Below are positions 38,300 to 47,066 of a DNA stretch of 64,000 bases, one piece after another. This DNA comes from an uncultured Bacillota bacterium. Lineage in GTDB: Bacteria > Bacillota_I > Bacilli_A > RFN20 > CAG-288. The position numbers and the translations under genes were made by a program. Every line of letters begins with the position of its first letter. Position 1 is the stretch's first letter. The notes beneath the pieces were generated by a model. It was given only the letters and a program-made list of their open reading frames with translations. It was not told the DNA's origin and ran no database searches. The stretch spans positions 19,767 to 83,766 of the forward strand of contig CASESG010000005.1 of assembly GCA_949290645.1 (NCBI GenBank), given 5' to 3'.

Positions 38300-39208
38300 T
38301 CAGTCTCCGTCCAGGCCATCGCTGCGGATGGTGATGACAGTTGAACTGGTCGGATCTTGTTTTTCTTCTTTGTCTTCTTCCTTTTCTTCCTTCTTCTCCT
38401 TCTCCGGAGCCTTGTTCGCGATCTGCCTTCGCGCTCTCTTGCGCTTGAGCTCCGAGATGTCGATGACCTTGACGTCCGTGTTCTTGACCACGTCGGAAGT
38501 ATTGTAGGTCACGATCGGCTGTTTGAGCTTCTCCTCGGCCAACATCTCCTTGGTGTTCTTGACCTTCTTGATGATCGAGACCAAAGAGACGATTCCCAGA
38601 AGGAAGAGGACGATGCCGATCGCCATCACCAGATAGCGTTCGACCTGGTTTCTCTCGTTGACATAGAAGAAGAGATACGTCGAGCCAAAGCCGATCATGA
38701 GCAGGGAGAGAAGAATCCCAGCAACTCCTCTGCGGATGTTTCCCATCCGCTCCTTCTTCTTTCTCTTGATGAATTCGAAATCCGTCTCTTCCTTGCCCTG
38801 CTCCTTCTGGATCTCCTTCCGATTCTTTCCGGCTTTCAGGAAGGCATCCGTGGAAGAGACGATCATCATCACCGCCGCTCCATAGGTGAAGGAGATCAAG
38901 AAGACCGAGAGGATTTGGTGCAGAAGCTCCGGATCGACGAAGAGAACGATGGCCAAGGAGACCGCCACCAAGCCGAAAAGGATCGGAGAGTTCAACGGCT
39001 TTCGATAAAGGAGATAGCCGGCGATGATCTCCAAAGTTCCATAGACGATCAAGACCGCACCGAGCGCATAGGACAAGGCGGAGGAGAGAGCGGTTTTCGA
39101 AATCCAGGTCGTGAGGAAGAACACCGCACCCAAAACCATCAGGACAACGGACTGTCCGATCTTCAGCCACTGATAGGAAGCGATCTTCTGTTCCTCGATT
39201 TGATCCAT
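38300..39208 (-). CDS. Membrane protein with HdeD/DUF308-like repeats and a K/E-rich C-terminal tail
   Basis: Six hydrophobic helices in two repeated blocks. Confidence 0.5.
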   Translation of the reverse strand: MDQIEEQKIASYQWLKIGQSVVLMVLGAVFFLTTWISKTALSSALSYALGAVLIVYGTLEIIAGYLLYRKPLNSPILFGLVAVSLAIVLFVDPELLHQILSVFLISFTYGAAVMMIVSSTDAFLKAGKNRKEIQKEQGKEETDFEFIKRKKKERMGNIRRGVAGILLSLLMIGFGSTYLFFYVNERNQVERYLVMAIGIVLFLLGIVSLVSIIKKVKNTKEMLAEEKLKQPIVTYNTSDVVKNTDVKVIDISELKRKRARRQIANKAPEKEKKEEKEEDKEEKQDPTSSTVITIRSDGLDGD

Positions 39209-39475
39209 GTCATTTCCTCAACACAATATTATAGACAAAGGGGCACCTTTATTCACGCACTTTGAGAGAGAATTCGAAATTCCTCTTTTCTACTTTTCTC
39301 TTCCTTCTCGAAAGACGATTCCTTTTGCTTTCCAAAAAAAAGATCGAAGATAGAGAAAAGCAACTTGAACGTACAAGGACGGCTTGCATCTCTTTTCCAA
39401 AAGAGAGGGGAAAAAGAGGAAATCCAAGGAAAAATGAGGAAAAACAAGAAGTATTATATAGCTCGTAAGAAAGGT

Positions 39476-39504
39476 TTGATTTAACGGAGGGCGGTCACTA
39501 TAAT
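39476..39504 (+). promoter_or_regulatory. Sigma70-type promoter of the rpmH operon: -35 TTGATT (39476..39481), 17 bp, -10 TATAAT (39499..39504)
   Basis: Direct read, 53 bp upstream of the rpmH ATG. RBS ACGGAGG. Confidence 0.6.
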
Positions 39505-39557
39505 ATCCCTACATGCGTTTTTTATGCGCATTGCCAAAAACGGAGGATTACATCGTC

Positions 39558-39695
39558 ATGAAGCGTACTTATCAACCGAGCAAAATCAAGAGAGCTCACA
39601 CTTGCGGATTCCGTGCCAGAATGGCCACCAAGGGAGGACGCAAGGTCCTCAATCGTCGGAGAGCCAAGGGCAGAGCCCGTCTTACCCAAGCCTAA
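39558..39695 (+). CDS. rpmH: 50S ribosomal protein L34
   Basis: [45 protein letters not shown] is near-identical to the bacterial consensus. The listed ORF's upstream extension was trimmed. Confidence 0.95.
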   Translation: MKRTYQPSKIKRAHTCGFRARMATKGGRKVLNRRRAKGRARLTQA

Positions 39696-39704
39696 ACTTT
39701 TTCT

Positions 39705-40058
39705 ATGATCAAACGCTACCGATTGCGGAAATCGGGAGACTTCAAGGCCGTTTTGGATAGCAGGCAGTGCCTGCTTCGCAAGGACAACATGTCCGTCTTC
39801 CACAAGAAGAACGAGGAGGGACATGTGCGCATCGGCCTTTCGGTCTCGTCCAAGCTTGGGAACGCCGTCTTGCGAACGCGCATCAAGAGACAGATCCGGG
39901 CCCAAGTCCACCTTCTCCAGTTCTACGATTTGGCGGAAGACATTGTCATCATCCTGCGCAAGGGATATCTCGAGAAAAGCTTTGAGGAAAACCTCTTGAC
40001 GCTGAAAGAGGCCATCTCGCACCTGAGAGACAGGCTCTCAAGAAGGGAACAGCAATGA
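39705..40058 (+). CDS. rnpA: Ribonuclease P protein component
   Basis: Basic 117-aa protein with the RnpA RNR-like motif VLRTRIKRQIRA, directly after rpmH. Confidence 0.85.
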   Translation: MIKRYRLRKSGDFKAVLDSRQCLLRKDNMSVFHKKNEEGHVRIGLSVSSKLGNAVLRTRIKRQIRAQVHLLQFYDLAEDIVIILRKGYLEKSFEENLLTLKEAISHLRDRLSRREQQ

Positions 40059-41605
40059 GAAAACACAACCACAGATGGTTCAAAAGGCTTGCCGTCGTCT
40101 TCTCGGCATTCGTTGCCATCTTTTTTCTGTCGAGCTGCACGACATCGTTTTGCTCTCCCCAAGATCAAGCAAATCAGATGTATTCCTACCTGGGAAACAT
40201 CTATTCCGAAAGCGTCGACGTGACCGATTCCGAGCCCAACGACAACACCTCCCTCCAGAACCAGAACCGACAGACCCTCTACAGCACGCTCGAGAGCAAC
40301 GGCTACGCCCGACCGACCAAGGAATTCAACAAGTTCATGAACGAGAAGGCCCTTTCCTTCGCCGAAGAGAACAAGACCCTCTTCTCCGACGGGACCCTGG
40401 GCTCCTGGAACGATCAGGAAGCCTATGAGATCGCCTTCCACGTCGCCATCTACGCCGGCATCACGACCGAGGAGGGAACGACGAAAGTCACGGCCCTCTG
40501 GGTCAACTACGACCAGTGGTACGACGAGGCAAGCGATGCCTTGGGACTGGCCGTCGTCCCGAGCGAGAGCTTCGTCTCCGCCTTCAAGACCCAGGCCCAG
40601 GCCCTCATCTCCGGAAACACCGCCTGCATCACGCCGGATGACGGAATCTTCACCCAGAACGGAGCCTCGATCTATGTCGAGGGAAAGAGCTGGGGCGAGG
40701 CCTTCCGCGACTACGGCTTTTTGGAAGGGCTTCTGGTCTATCCCTTCGCCTACATCATCCACGTCATCAGCCAAGGCCTTGGCGAAACGGGTTGGGCCCA
40801 GTTCCTGGCCATCCTCTGCGTCACCTTGGTCGCTCGTATCATCGCCGTCTTCTCCACCTTCTTCCAAAGTCGCACCCAAGCCAAGCAGATGGCCATCCAG
40901 CCACAGCTCAACAAGCTCCAGCAGAAATATCCCAACGCCAACTACGACAGGGAACAGAAGCAGCAGCTCGCCCAGGAGCAGGCCCTCTTGATGAAGAAGG
41001 CGAAGGTCCATCCCTTCCTGCCCTTGATCTTCATGATCCTTCAGTTCCCAATCTTCATGTGCGTCTGGTCCGCCCTTCAGGGAAGTGCCTCCCTCTCCAG
41101 CGGTTCCTTCCTGGGACTTTCCTTGACGACGACCGTCAACACCTGCTTCACCAACTACGCCAACACCCCGGGCGCTCTCACCGGCATCTTCATCTTCATC
41201 TTCATGGCGATTGCCAACATCCTCTCCTCCTCCACCTCCCTCTTCTTCACTTCCTGGAGGACGAAGAACTTCGGAACGCAGAGCCTTGCCAACAACCCCA
41301 ACTCTCCCAACCCCAACAAGACGATGAAGACGTTCACGATCATCATGATGGTCTTCATCCTCATCATGGGCTTCTCGCTTCCGGCCGCCATGGGCATCTA
41401 CTGGTTCCTGGGATCTCTCATCTCCATCCTCCAGTCCCTCCTGACGGAAGCGCTCCAGACCAGGGCCCGTCACAGAACCAGAGAAGCGACCGGAGACGGC
41501 ACCACCTTGGCTGCCATCCGCAGAAGCGCGCACCATCAGCTCGGTTCCGGAAAGAAGGAGAAGAAAGACAAGAAGAACAAAAGCGACAAACCACTTTGGA
41601 GGTAA
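40055..41605 (+). CDS. yidC: Membrane protein insertase YidC/Oxa1 family (long lipoprotein-type N-terminal domain)
   Basis: Lipobox LSSC, a conserved 5-TM core and a basic C-terminus. Position after rnpA. Confidence 0.9.
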   Translation: MRKHNHRWFKRLAVVFSAFVAIFFLSSCTTSFCSPQDQANQMYSYLGNIYSESVDVTDSEPNDNTSLQNQNRQTLYSTLESNGYARPTKEFNKFMNEKALSFAEENKTLFSDGTLGSWNDQEAYEIAFHVAIYAGITTEEGTTKVTALWVNYDQWYDEASDALGLAVVPSESFVSAFKTQAQALISGNTACITPDDGIFTQNGASIYVEGKSWGEAFRDYGFLEGLLVYPFAYIIHVISQGLGETGWAQFLAILCVTLVARIIAVFSTFFQSRTQAKQMAIQPQLNKLQQKYPNANYDREQKQQLAQEQALLMKKAKVHPFLPLIFMILQFPIFMCVWSALQGSASLSSGSFLGLSLTTTVNTCFTNYANTPGALTGIFIFIFMAIANILSSSTSLFFTSWRTKNFGTQSLANNPNSPNPNKTMKTFTIIMMVFILIMGFSLPAAMGIYWFLGSLISILQSLLTEALQTRARHRTREATGDGTTLAAIRRSAHHQLGSGKKEKKDKKNKSDKPLWR

Positions 41606-41608
41606 GAT

Positions 41609-42235
41609 ATGAACAAGTTCGAAGGCAAGACGGAAGAAGAGGCCGTAAAGAAGGCCTGCGAGGAATTGGGAATCGAAGATCCCAAGACCCTCAACTACCA
41701 AGTCATCTCGGTCAAGAAGTCCCTCTTCAGCTCCACGGTCACCATCGGCATCTACACCATCACCGATGTCATCGTCTTCGCCGACGACTACATCCGTCGC
41801 TGCCTCAAGGCCTTGGGCCTGGAGGGCATGACCGAAGCCAAGTACGATGACGGCGTCATCAAGCTCAACATCGTCTGCAACCGCAACAAGAACGTCATCG
41901 GCAGGAACGGAGATACCCTGAGAAGCATCAACGAGCTGACGAGGTCCGCCTGCTTCAACCGCTTCGGCGGGCACTATCGCATCCTGCTCAACTGCGACGG
42001 CTACAAGGAAAGCAAGTACGACAAGTTCGTTGCCATCGCCCGCAAGTATGCCAACGAGGTCCGCAAGACGCACATCACTGCCGTCATGGATCCGATGACC
42101 TCCGACGAGAGAAGAATCGTCCACCAAGCCCTGTCGGAATATCCCGACATCAAGACCCAGTCTTTGGGAATCGGCCACGAGCGTCACATCACCATCCAGT
42201 ACGTCGGGACGGAAGAGAGCAAGAGCGGGAACTGA
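41609..42235 (+). CDS. khpB: RNA-binding protein KhpB (Jag/EloR; KH + R3H domains)
   Basis: N-terminal Jag_N, KH-like block and C-terminal R3H pattern. Canonical position after yidC. Confidence 0.85.
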   Translation: MNKFEGKTEEEAVKKACEELGIEDPKTLNYQVISVKKSLFSSTVTIGIYTITDVIVFADDYIRRCLKALGLEGMTEAKYDDGVIKLNIVCNRNKNVIGRNGDTLRSINELTRSACFNRFGGHYRILLNCDGYKESKYDKFVAIARKYANEVRKTHITAVMDPMTSDERRIVHQALSEYPDIKTQSLGIGHERHITIQYVGTEESKSGN

Positions 42236-42245
42236 AAAGACGAAG

Positions 42246-42276
42246 GCGAAGGTCGAAAAACCTTCGCTTTTTCTTT
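42246..42276 (+). terminator. Rho-independent terminator GCGAAGG-loop-CCTTCGC + TTTTTCTTT
   Basis: 7-bp stem and T-run, 10 bp after the khpB stop. Confidence 0.7.
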
Positions 42277-42425
42277 CTCCGTTTCCTCCTTCCTTTCTTT
42301 CTGACAAACGATTCTCTATGTAAAGATATTATACGAATTTGCGAGTTTCGAGAAACGATCTTTTCCTCGATGGATTACAATAAAAAGGACCATTCTTTTT
42401 GGGATGGAGAAAAGGACAAACGCTT

Positions 42426-43313
42426 ATGGCACAAAATCTTATCCTGTTTGCCGACACCGACTGCGATATTCGCCCTGAAGTCGCAGAGAAGCTCGGCTAC
42501 CACCTCATTTCGATGCCTTACACGATCGACGGTCAGGAGGTCTTTCCTTACGAAAGCGTCAAGGAGATCGACATCCACGCCTTCTATGACCGCCTGAGAA
42601 CCGGAAACATCCCCAAGACCTCCGGACTTTCCCCCGAGAAGTACATCTCCTACTTCGAGCCTTTCTTCCAGGAGGGAAAGGACATCCTCTACGTCCATTT
42701 CTCGAGCAAGCTCTCCGGCACGTTCAACGCGATGAACCTCGCCATCAACATGCTCAAGGAGAAATATCCGCAGCGCAACTTTTACGCCCTGGACACGAAG
42801 GCCATCACTGGCCTTGCCCTCTTGATCCTCTACAAGGTCAGCGACCTTTGGAAGGAAGGGAAGAGCGCCGAAGAGATCATCGCCATCGCCCAGGACGACC
42901 CGCTCAAGCACAACGCCTTCTACGCCTTCGTCGACAACCTCAAGTACTTCAAGGCTTCCGGAAGACTGTCCGGCCTCTCCGCCACCATGGGGGATGTGCT
43001 CGGAATCAAGCCGATCATCTCCATCGATGACGAAGGAAAGATGGATGCCATCGACAAGATCCTCGGCCGTCTCAACGCCCTCAAGAAGATCATGCTCTAC
43101 ATGGAGAAGTTGGGAGATGATATCTCTCACCACAAGATCATCGTCGTCCACTCCGATGCCCCGAAGCTCTGCGACCAGCTGATCGGGATGATCAAAAAGA
43201 AATACGGCGAGAACCTCGACCTCATCGTCGAGCCCGTCAACCCGACGGCCGGCATCCATGCCGGACCCAACTGCGTCGGCGTCGCCTTCCACGCAAAGAA
43301 GCGTTGCCTATGA
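42426..43313 (+). CDS. DegV-family fatty-acid-binding protein
   Basis: Typical DegV N-terminus LILFADTDCD...; about 295 aa. ATG chosen inside the TTG-initiated listed ORF. Confidence 0.85.
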   Translation: MAQNLILFADTDCDIRPEVAEKLGYHLISMPYTIDGQEVFPYESVKEIDIHAFYDRLRTGNIPKTSGLSPEKYISYFEPFFQEGKDILYVHFSSKLSGTFNAMNLAINMLKEKYPQRNFYALDTKAITGLALLILYKVSDLWKEGKSAEEIIAIAQDDPLKHNAFYAFVDNLKYFKASGRLSGLSATMGDVLGIKPIISIDDEGKMDAIDKILGRLNALKKIMLYMEKLGDDISHHKIIVVHSDAPKLCDQLIGMIKKKYGENLDLIVEPVNPTAGIHAGPNCVGVAFHAKKRCL

Positions 43314-44428
43314 TCGAGATCCGCAAGGTACAGACCAAGAAGGAGCAGAGGGAATTTCTGAACTTCCCTTTGAAGCTCTATCGGAACAATCCGTATTTTT
43401 GTCCTCCGCTTTACATCGACGAGAAGAAGATTTTTTCAAAGGACTATTTTTACAACAAGACGAGCGAATCCGTGTTCTTCCTCGCCTATGAAGGAGGAAA
43501 GGTCGTCGGAAGAATCTCCGGCATCCTCCAAAGAGCCAGCAACGAGAAATGGGGGCAGAAGCGCGTCCGCTTCACTCGCTTCGACTGCATCGACGACGAA
43601 GAGGTCGCCAAGGCCCTGTTTGCCGAAGTGGAGCGTTGGGCCAAGGAAAAGGGCATGGAAGAAGTCGTCGGTCCCCTCGGCTACTCCGACATGGAGAGGG
43701 AAGGCCTTCTGATCGAAGGCTTCGATGAGCTGTCGACCTTCGAGGAGCAGTACAACTATCCTTACTACCAGAGGCTGATCGAGAGCCAGGGCTATGTCAA
43801 GGAAGTCGACTGGGTCGAGAGGAAGATCTACGCCCCGAAGGAGATCGACTCCCGCATCGAGCTGGTCGTCAACACGATGATGAAGAGGGAAAACCTCAGG
43901 CTTGCTACCTTCGAGTCGACCGGAGAAATGATCAAGCGCTATGCCGACCAGTTCTTCGACCTCGTGGACCTGACCTACAACAACCTCTACGGGACGGTTC
44001 CCTTCATCCCCGAGCAACGGGAAGACATCATCAAGGGATTCAAGCTCCTTCTCTCCCCCTATTACCTCCGCATCATCGTCGACAAGGACGACAAGGTCGC
44101 TGCCTTCGGGCTATGCTTCCCGTCCATCACCAAGGCCCTTCAGAAATCCTCGGGACACTTGACCCTGCCCGCTATCTTCAAGCTTCTCAAGGCCAAGAAG
44201 AACCCCGAGATCATCGATCTGGGATTGATCGGCGTCGTCGAGAAATATCGCAACACCGGCGTGGCCTGGGCGATCCTTCTGGAGATCATGAAGATGCTCA
44301 AGAGTGGCAAGGTCCAGTACTGCGAGACCAACCTCAACCTCGAGGACAACTCCAACATCCAGAACAACTGGGATCGCTTCGAGAACGTCCTCCACAAGAG
44401 GAGAAGGTCCTTCGTCAAGAAGATCTGA
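43310..44428 (+). CDS. GNAT-fold acyltransferase-like protein, function unknown
   Basis: ATG overlaps the degV stop (ATGA). Fold assignment by pattern only. Confidence 0.4.
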   Translation: MIEIRKVQTKKEQREFLNFPLKLYRNNPYFCPPLYIDEKKIFSKDYFYNKTSESVFFLAYEGGKVVGRISGILQRASNEKWGQKRVRFTRFDCIDDEEVAKALFAEVERWAKEKGMEEVVGPLGYSDMEREGLLIEGFDELSTFEEQYNYPYYQRLIESQGYVKEVDWVERKIYAPKEIDSRIELVVNTMMKRENLRLATFESTGEMIKRYADQFFDLVDLTYNNLYGTVPFIPEQREDIIKGFKLLLSPYYLRIIVDKDDKVAAFGLCFPSITKALQKSSGHLTLPAIFKLLKAKKNPEIIDLGLIGVVEKYRNTGVAWAILLEIMKMLKSGKVQYCETNLNLEDNSNIQNNWDRFENVLHKRRRSFVKKI

Positions 44429-44677
44429 CGCCGTCTTCCGGTTCATCCGAAGTGAGCGCCGAAAAGAAGATTCCCTCTTCTTGAAAGCGCTTACTTTTTT
44501 CATTGCCTTTCTTCTTGTCTCGATGGGATCGGGTCTTTTTTCATCAAAAACTTTTTTTCTTTTTGGACCCTCTCCCGCTTTTCCACTTTCCTCCGATACT
44601 TCTTTATTTTTTTCGCTTTTGCCGTCTCTTGTCGCATCCCTTACAATCTTATCATTCGAACACAGGGAGAACATCAA

Positions 44678-47032
44678 ATGAAAAAACACATCGTCGTCGG
44701 TGTCGTCGGCCTTGCCTTGTTGACAGCCGGTTGCCAGGAAGGCTCTTCCTCCTTGCCCAGCTCCTCGCTTCCGAGCAATTCCACATCGTCGATGGACGAC
44801 TCCTCGAGTTCATCCAGCTCCTCTCCGATCGTCCAGCCCGACAACAACATCCAGGCCATCCTGGAATTGATCGACCAGGCGAAGGCCTCGACCAACTACA
44901 GCTACGGCTATCTGGACGAGGACGGGAACGTCCTCTCCCGGCAGCTGGTCACCCCCTCCTATATCGTCGACGAGAACATGCGCTCAGGGACCTTCGCGCT
45001 GGAAAGCTACGCGAATCCGAAAGAGACGCTCCTCTACTCCGTGGAGAAGCAGGGTGAGGATTTCCGCGTCCTCAACGCCTTGAACTATCAAGATCCCACC
45101 ACCTTGGAGGTGACTCCCTATCACGAGACGAAGGAACTCGACTACCTGGCCCTGCTCGACCATGACGATGTTCTTTGGAACAGCGAGGTCCTGTACGAGC
45201 AAAGCGGATACTACCTGGTCGACGAGCTCTCCGTCGTCACGGTCTTCGCCAACATGTTCGGACTGGGAAACTACGTCGACTACGTCATGCGCATCCTTTT
45301 CACCTATGATGCGGCCAAGGCGCAGGTGACCGTCGGCTTCGTCCCCAATTTCACGGATACCGACGGATCGATCAGCGCGCTTGTCGAAGGCACCGTCGGA
45401 TACATCGACAGCGTCGGACAGACCGAGGCCGAGGACGTTCAGGCCTTCATCGATTCGTTCTCCCTTTCCGCAGACCGCTTGAAGGAAGGCAACCTCTCTT
45501 ACCTGACGGGAGACCTGGTCTCCTACGAAAGCAACCTCACGATCTATCTGGACGATGCCGTCTATTCCTATCCGTCCCTTGCCGACTTCCAGTTCGACCT
45601 CGCAAACGACCGGTATCACGTCACGGACTATTCCACCGGAGCCGAGGAAGAGACCTATTACGCAAAGGGAAAGGATGGTCTTTTGGTCGAGCAGTTCATC
45701 GGACCGGACAATGCCCTTTGGGAGACGTCCCGGGGCGTCAACTACGAAGTTCCGGATTTCCTCTCGGCCTTGGACTACGACGCCTTCGTCCACGTCGAGG
45801 GAAACACCTATCGCTACTACGGCTATCGATACGACAACCTGGTCAAGGCCCTGACCGAGGCCGAGGACGGCATGGGCGTCGTCACGGAAATGCTCGCAAC
45901 CACAGACAGCCAAGGGACGCTCGAGACCATCACGGCCCGCTCCCGGGATGTCGTCGTCATCGATGGCGGGACGGAAAGGGTCTTCCACTACGAGATGACG
46001 CTTTCCTTCCGGGAAGGAGAGGAAGTCGATGCGGTCGAAAGCCACAAGGATCCGGCCGACAGCCAGATCGCGGCGGCGCTGGAACGCTTCTCCTCGAGCG
46101 ACGGCTATTCCGTCACGACCTATCGCCAGGACAACACGAACCTGACTTCCACCTGGACCGTCCAGGGCAACATCGCCTTGCTGGACGAAGTCACGATCGA
46201 CACCGCTCCCGGCTCGGGAAACGGGTATTACCACGCCTATTCCGGCTATGCCTACAACCCGGGGACCGGCCTGGTCTCTCCCTTCCGCGTCAACGAGGAG
46301 GGCATCGCCTCCTACTACGATGACGGAACGTCGGGCTATACCTCGATCGACGACTTCTTCGGGTTCACTTCCCTCACGGCCGAGGTCCTGACCTTCAAGG
46401 ACGAGGAGACGATCGTCGCGAAGGACAAGGTCCGTCTTCTGGGCAAGGCCCTGCCGCTTGGGCCCAACGGATCCTTCGCCCTGGAAAGCACGCTCACGAT
46501 CGACTTCGACCCTCAGGCCGTCGCCCTCACCGGATATTCCTACAAGACCGACGGACTCGGAACGGACAAGGCGCGCATCCAGACCGGGGCGGCGCTTCCC
46601 GAAAGCATCGACTTCTCGACCCTGGAAACGCCCTTCGTCGCACCGACAAGCTGGGAAGAGGGCTGCCCGGACATCTATGAGGCGATGAAGGCGAAGTCCT
46701 GGATCGGCGAATATGCCGACGAGATCCCCTATCTCTACGACGCCCTCATCAACGACTACTGGTTCGCCGGCAATCCCGACGGCATCCTCGAATTCCCCAT
46801 CAACAACAATTACTACTCGATCGGAAGCGACTACAACGTCGCCTATGTCGAGAAATACATCGACCTTCTGTTCGAGAAGGGCTATACCATCGGGCAGAGC
46901 GAGGTCGGTTACGAGCGCTACGGAAAGGAAGGCCTGCCCTTTGTCATCATGATCGATTCCAGAGGCGCGACGGGAATGATCCAGATTACGATCAAAGATG
47001 CCTACTATTTCCCCTTCGTCCCTGTCGAATGA
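44678..47032 (+). CDS. Large lipoprotein (784 aa), function unknown
   Basis: MKKHIVVGVVGLALLTAGC lipobox followed by a Ser-rich linker. RBS GGGAGAACATCAAATG. Confidence 0.6.
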   Translation: MKKHIVVGVVGLALLTAGCQEGSSSLPSSSLPSNSTSSMDDSSSSSSSSPIVQPDNNIQAILELIDQAKASTNYSYGYLDEDGNVLSRQLVTPSYIVDENMRSGTFALESYANPKETLLYSVEKQGEDFRVLNALNYQDPTTLEVTPYHETKELDYLALLDHDDVLWNSEVLYEQSGYYLVDELSVVTVFANMFGLGNYVDYVMRILFTYDAAKAQVTVGFVPNFTDTDGSISALVEGTVGYIDSVGQTEAEDVQAFIDSFSLSADRLKEGNLSYLTGDLVSYESNLTIYLDDAVYSYPSLADFQFDLANDRYHVTDYSTGAEEETYYAKGKDGLLVEQFIGPDNALWETSRGVNYEVPDFLSALDYDAFVHVEGNTYRYYGYRYDNLVKALTEAEDGMGVVTEMLATTDSQGTLETITARSRDVVVIDGGTERVFHYEMTLSFREGEEVDAVESHKDPADSQIAAALERFSSSDGYSVTTYRQDNTNLTSTWTVQGNIALLDEVTIDTAPGSGNGYYHAYSGYAYNPGTGLVSPFRVNEEGIASYYDDGTSGYTSIDDFFGFTSLTAEVLTFKDEETIVAKDKVRLLGKALPLGPNGSFALESTLTIDFDPQAVALTGYSYKTDGLGTDKARIQTGAALPESIDFSTLETPFVAPTSWEEGCPDIYEAMKAKSWIGEYADEIPYLYDALINDYWFAGNPDGILEFPINNNYYSIGSDYNVAYVEKYIDLLFEKGYTIGQSEVGYERYGKEGLPFVIMIDSRGATGMIQITIKDAYYFPFVPVE

Positions 47033-47066
47033 CCTGTCATGAGAACAGGAGAAAGGAGAAGACACG

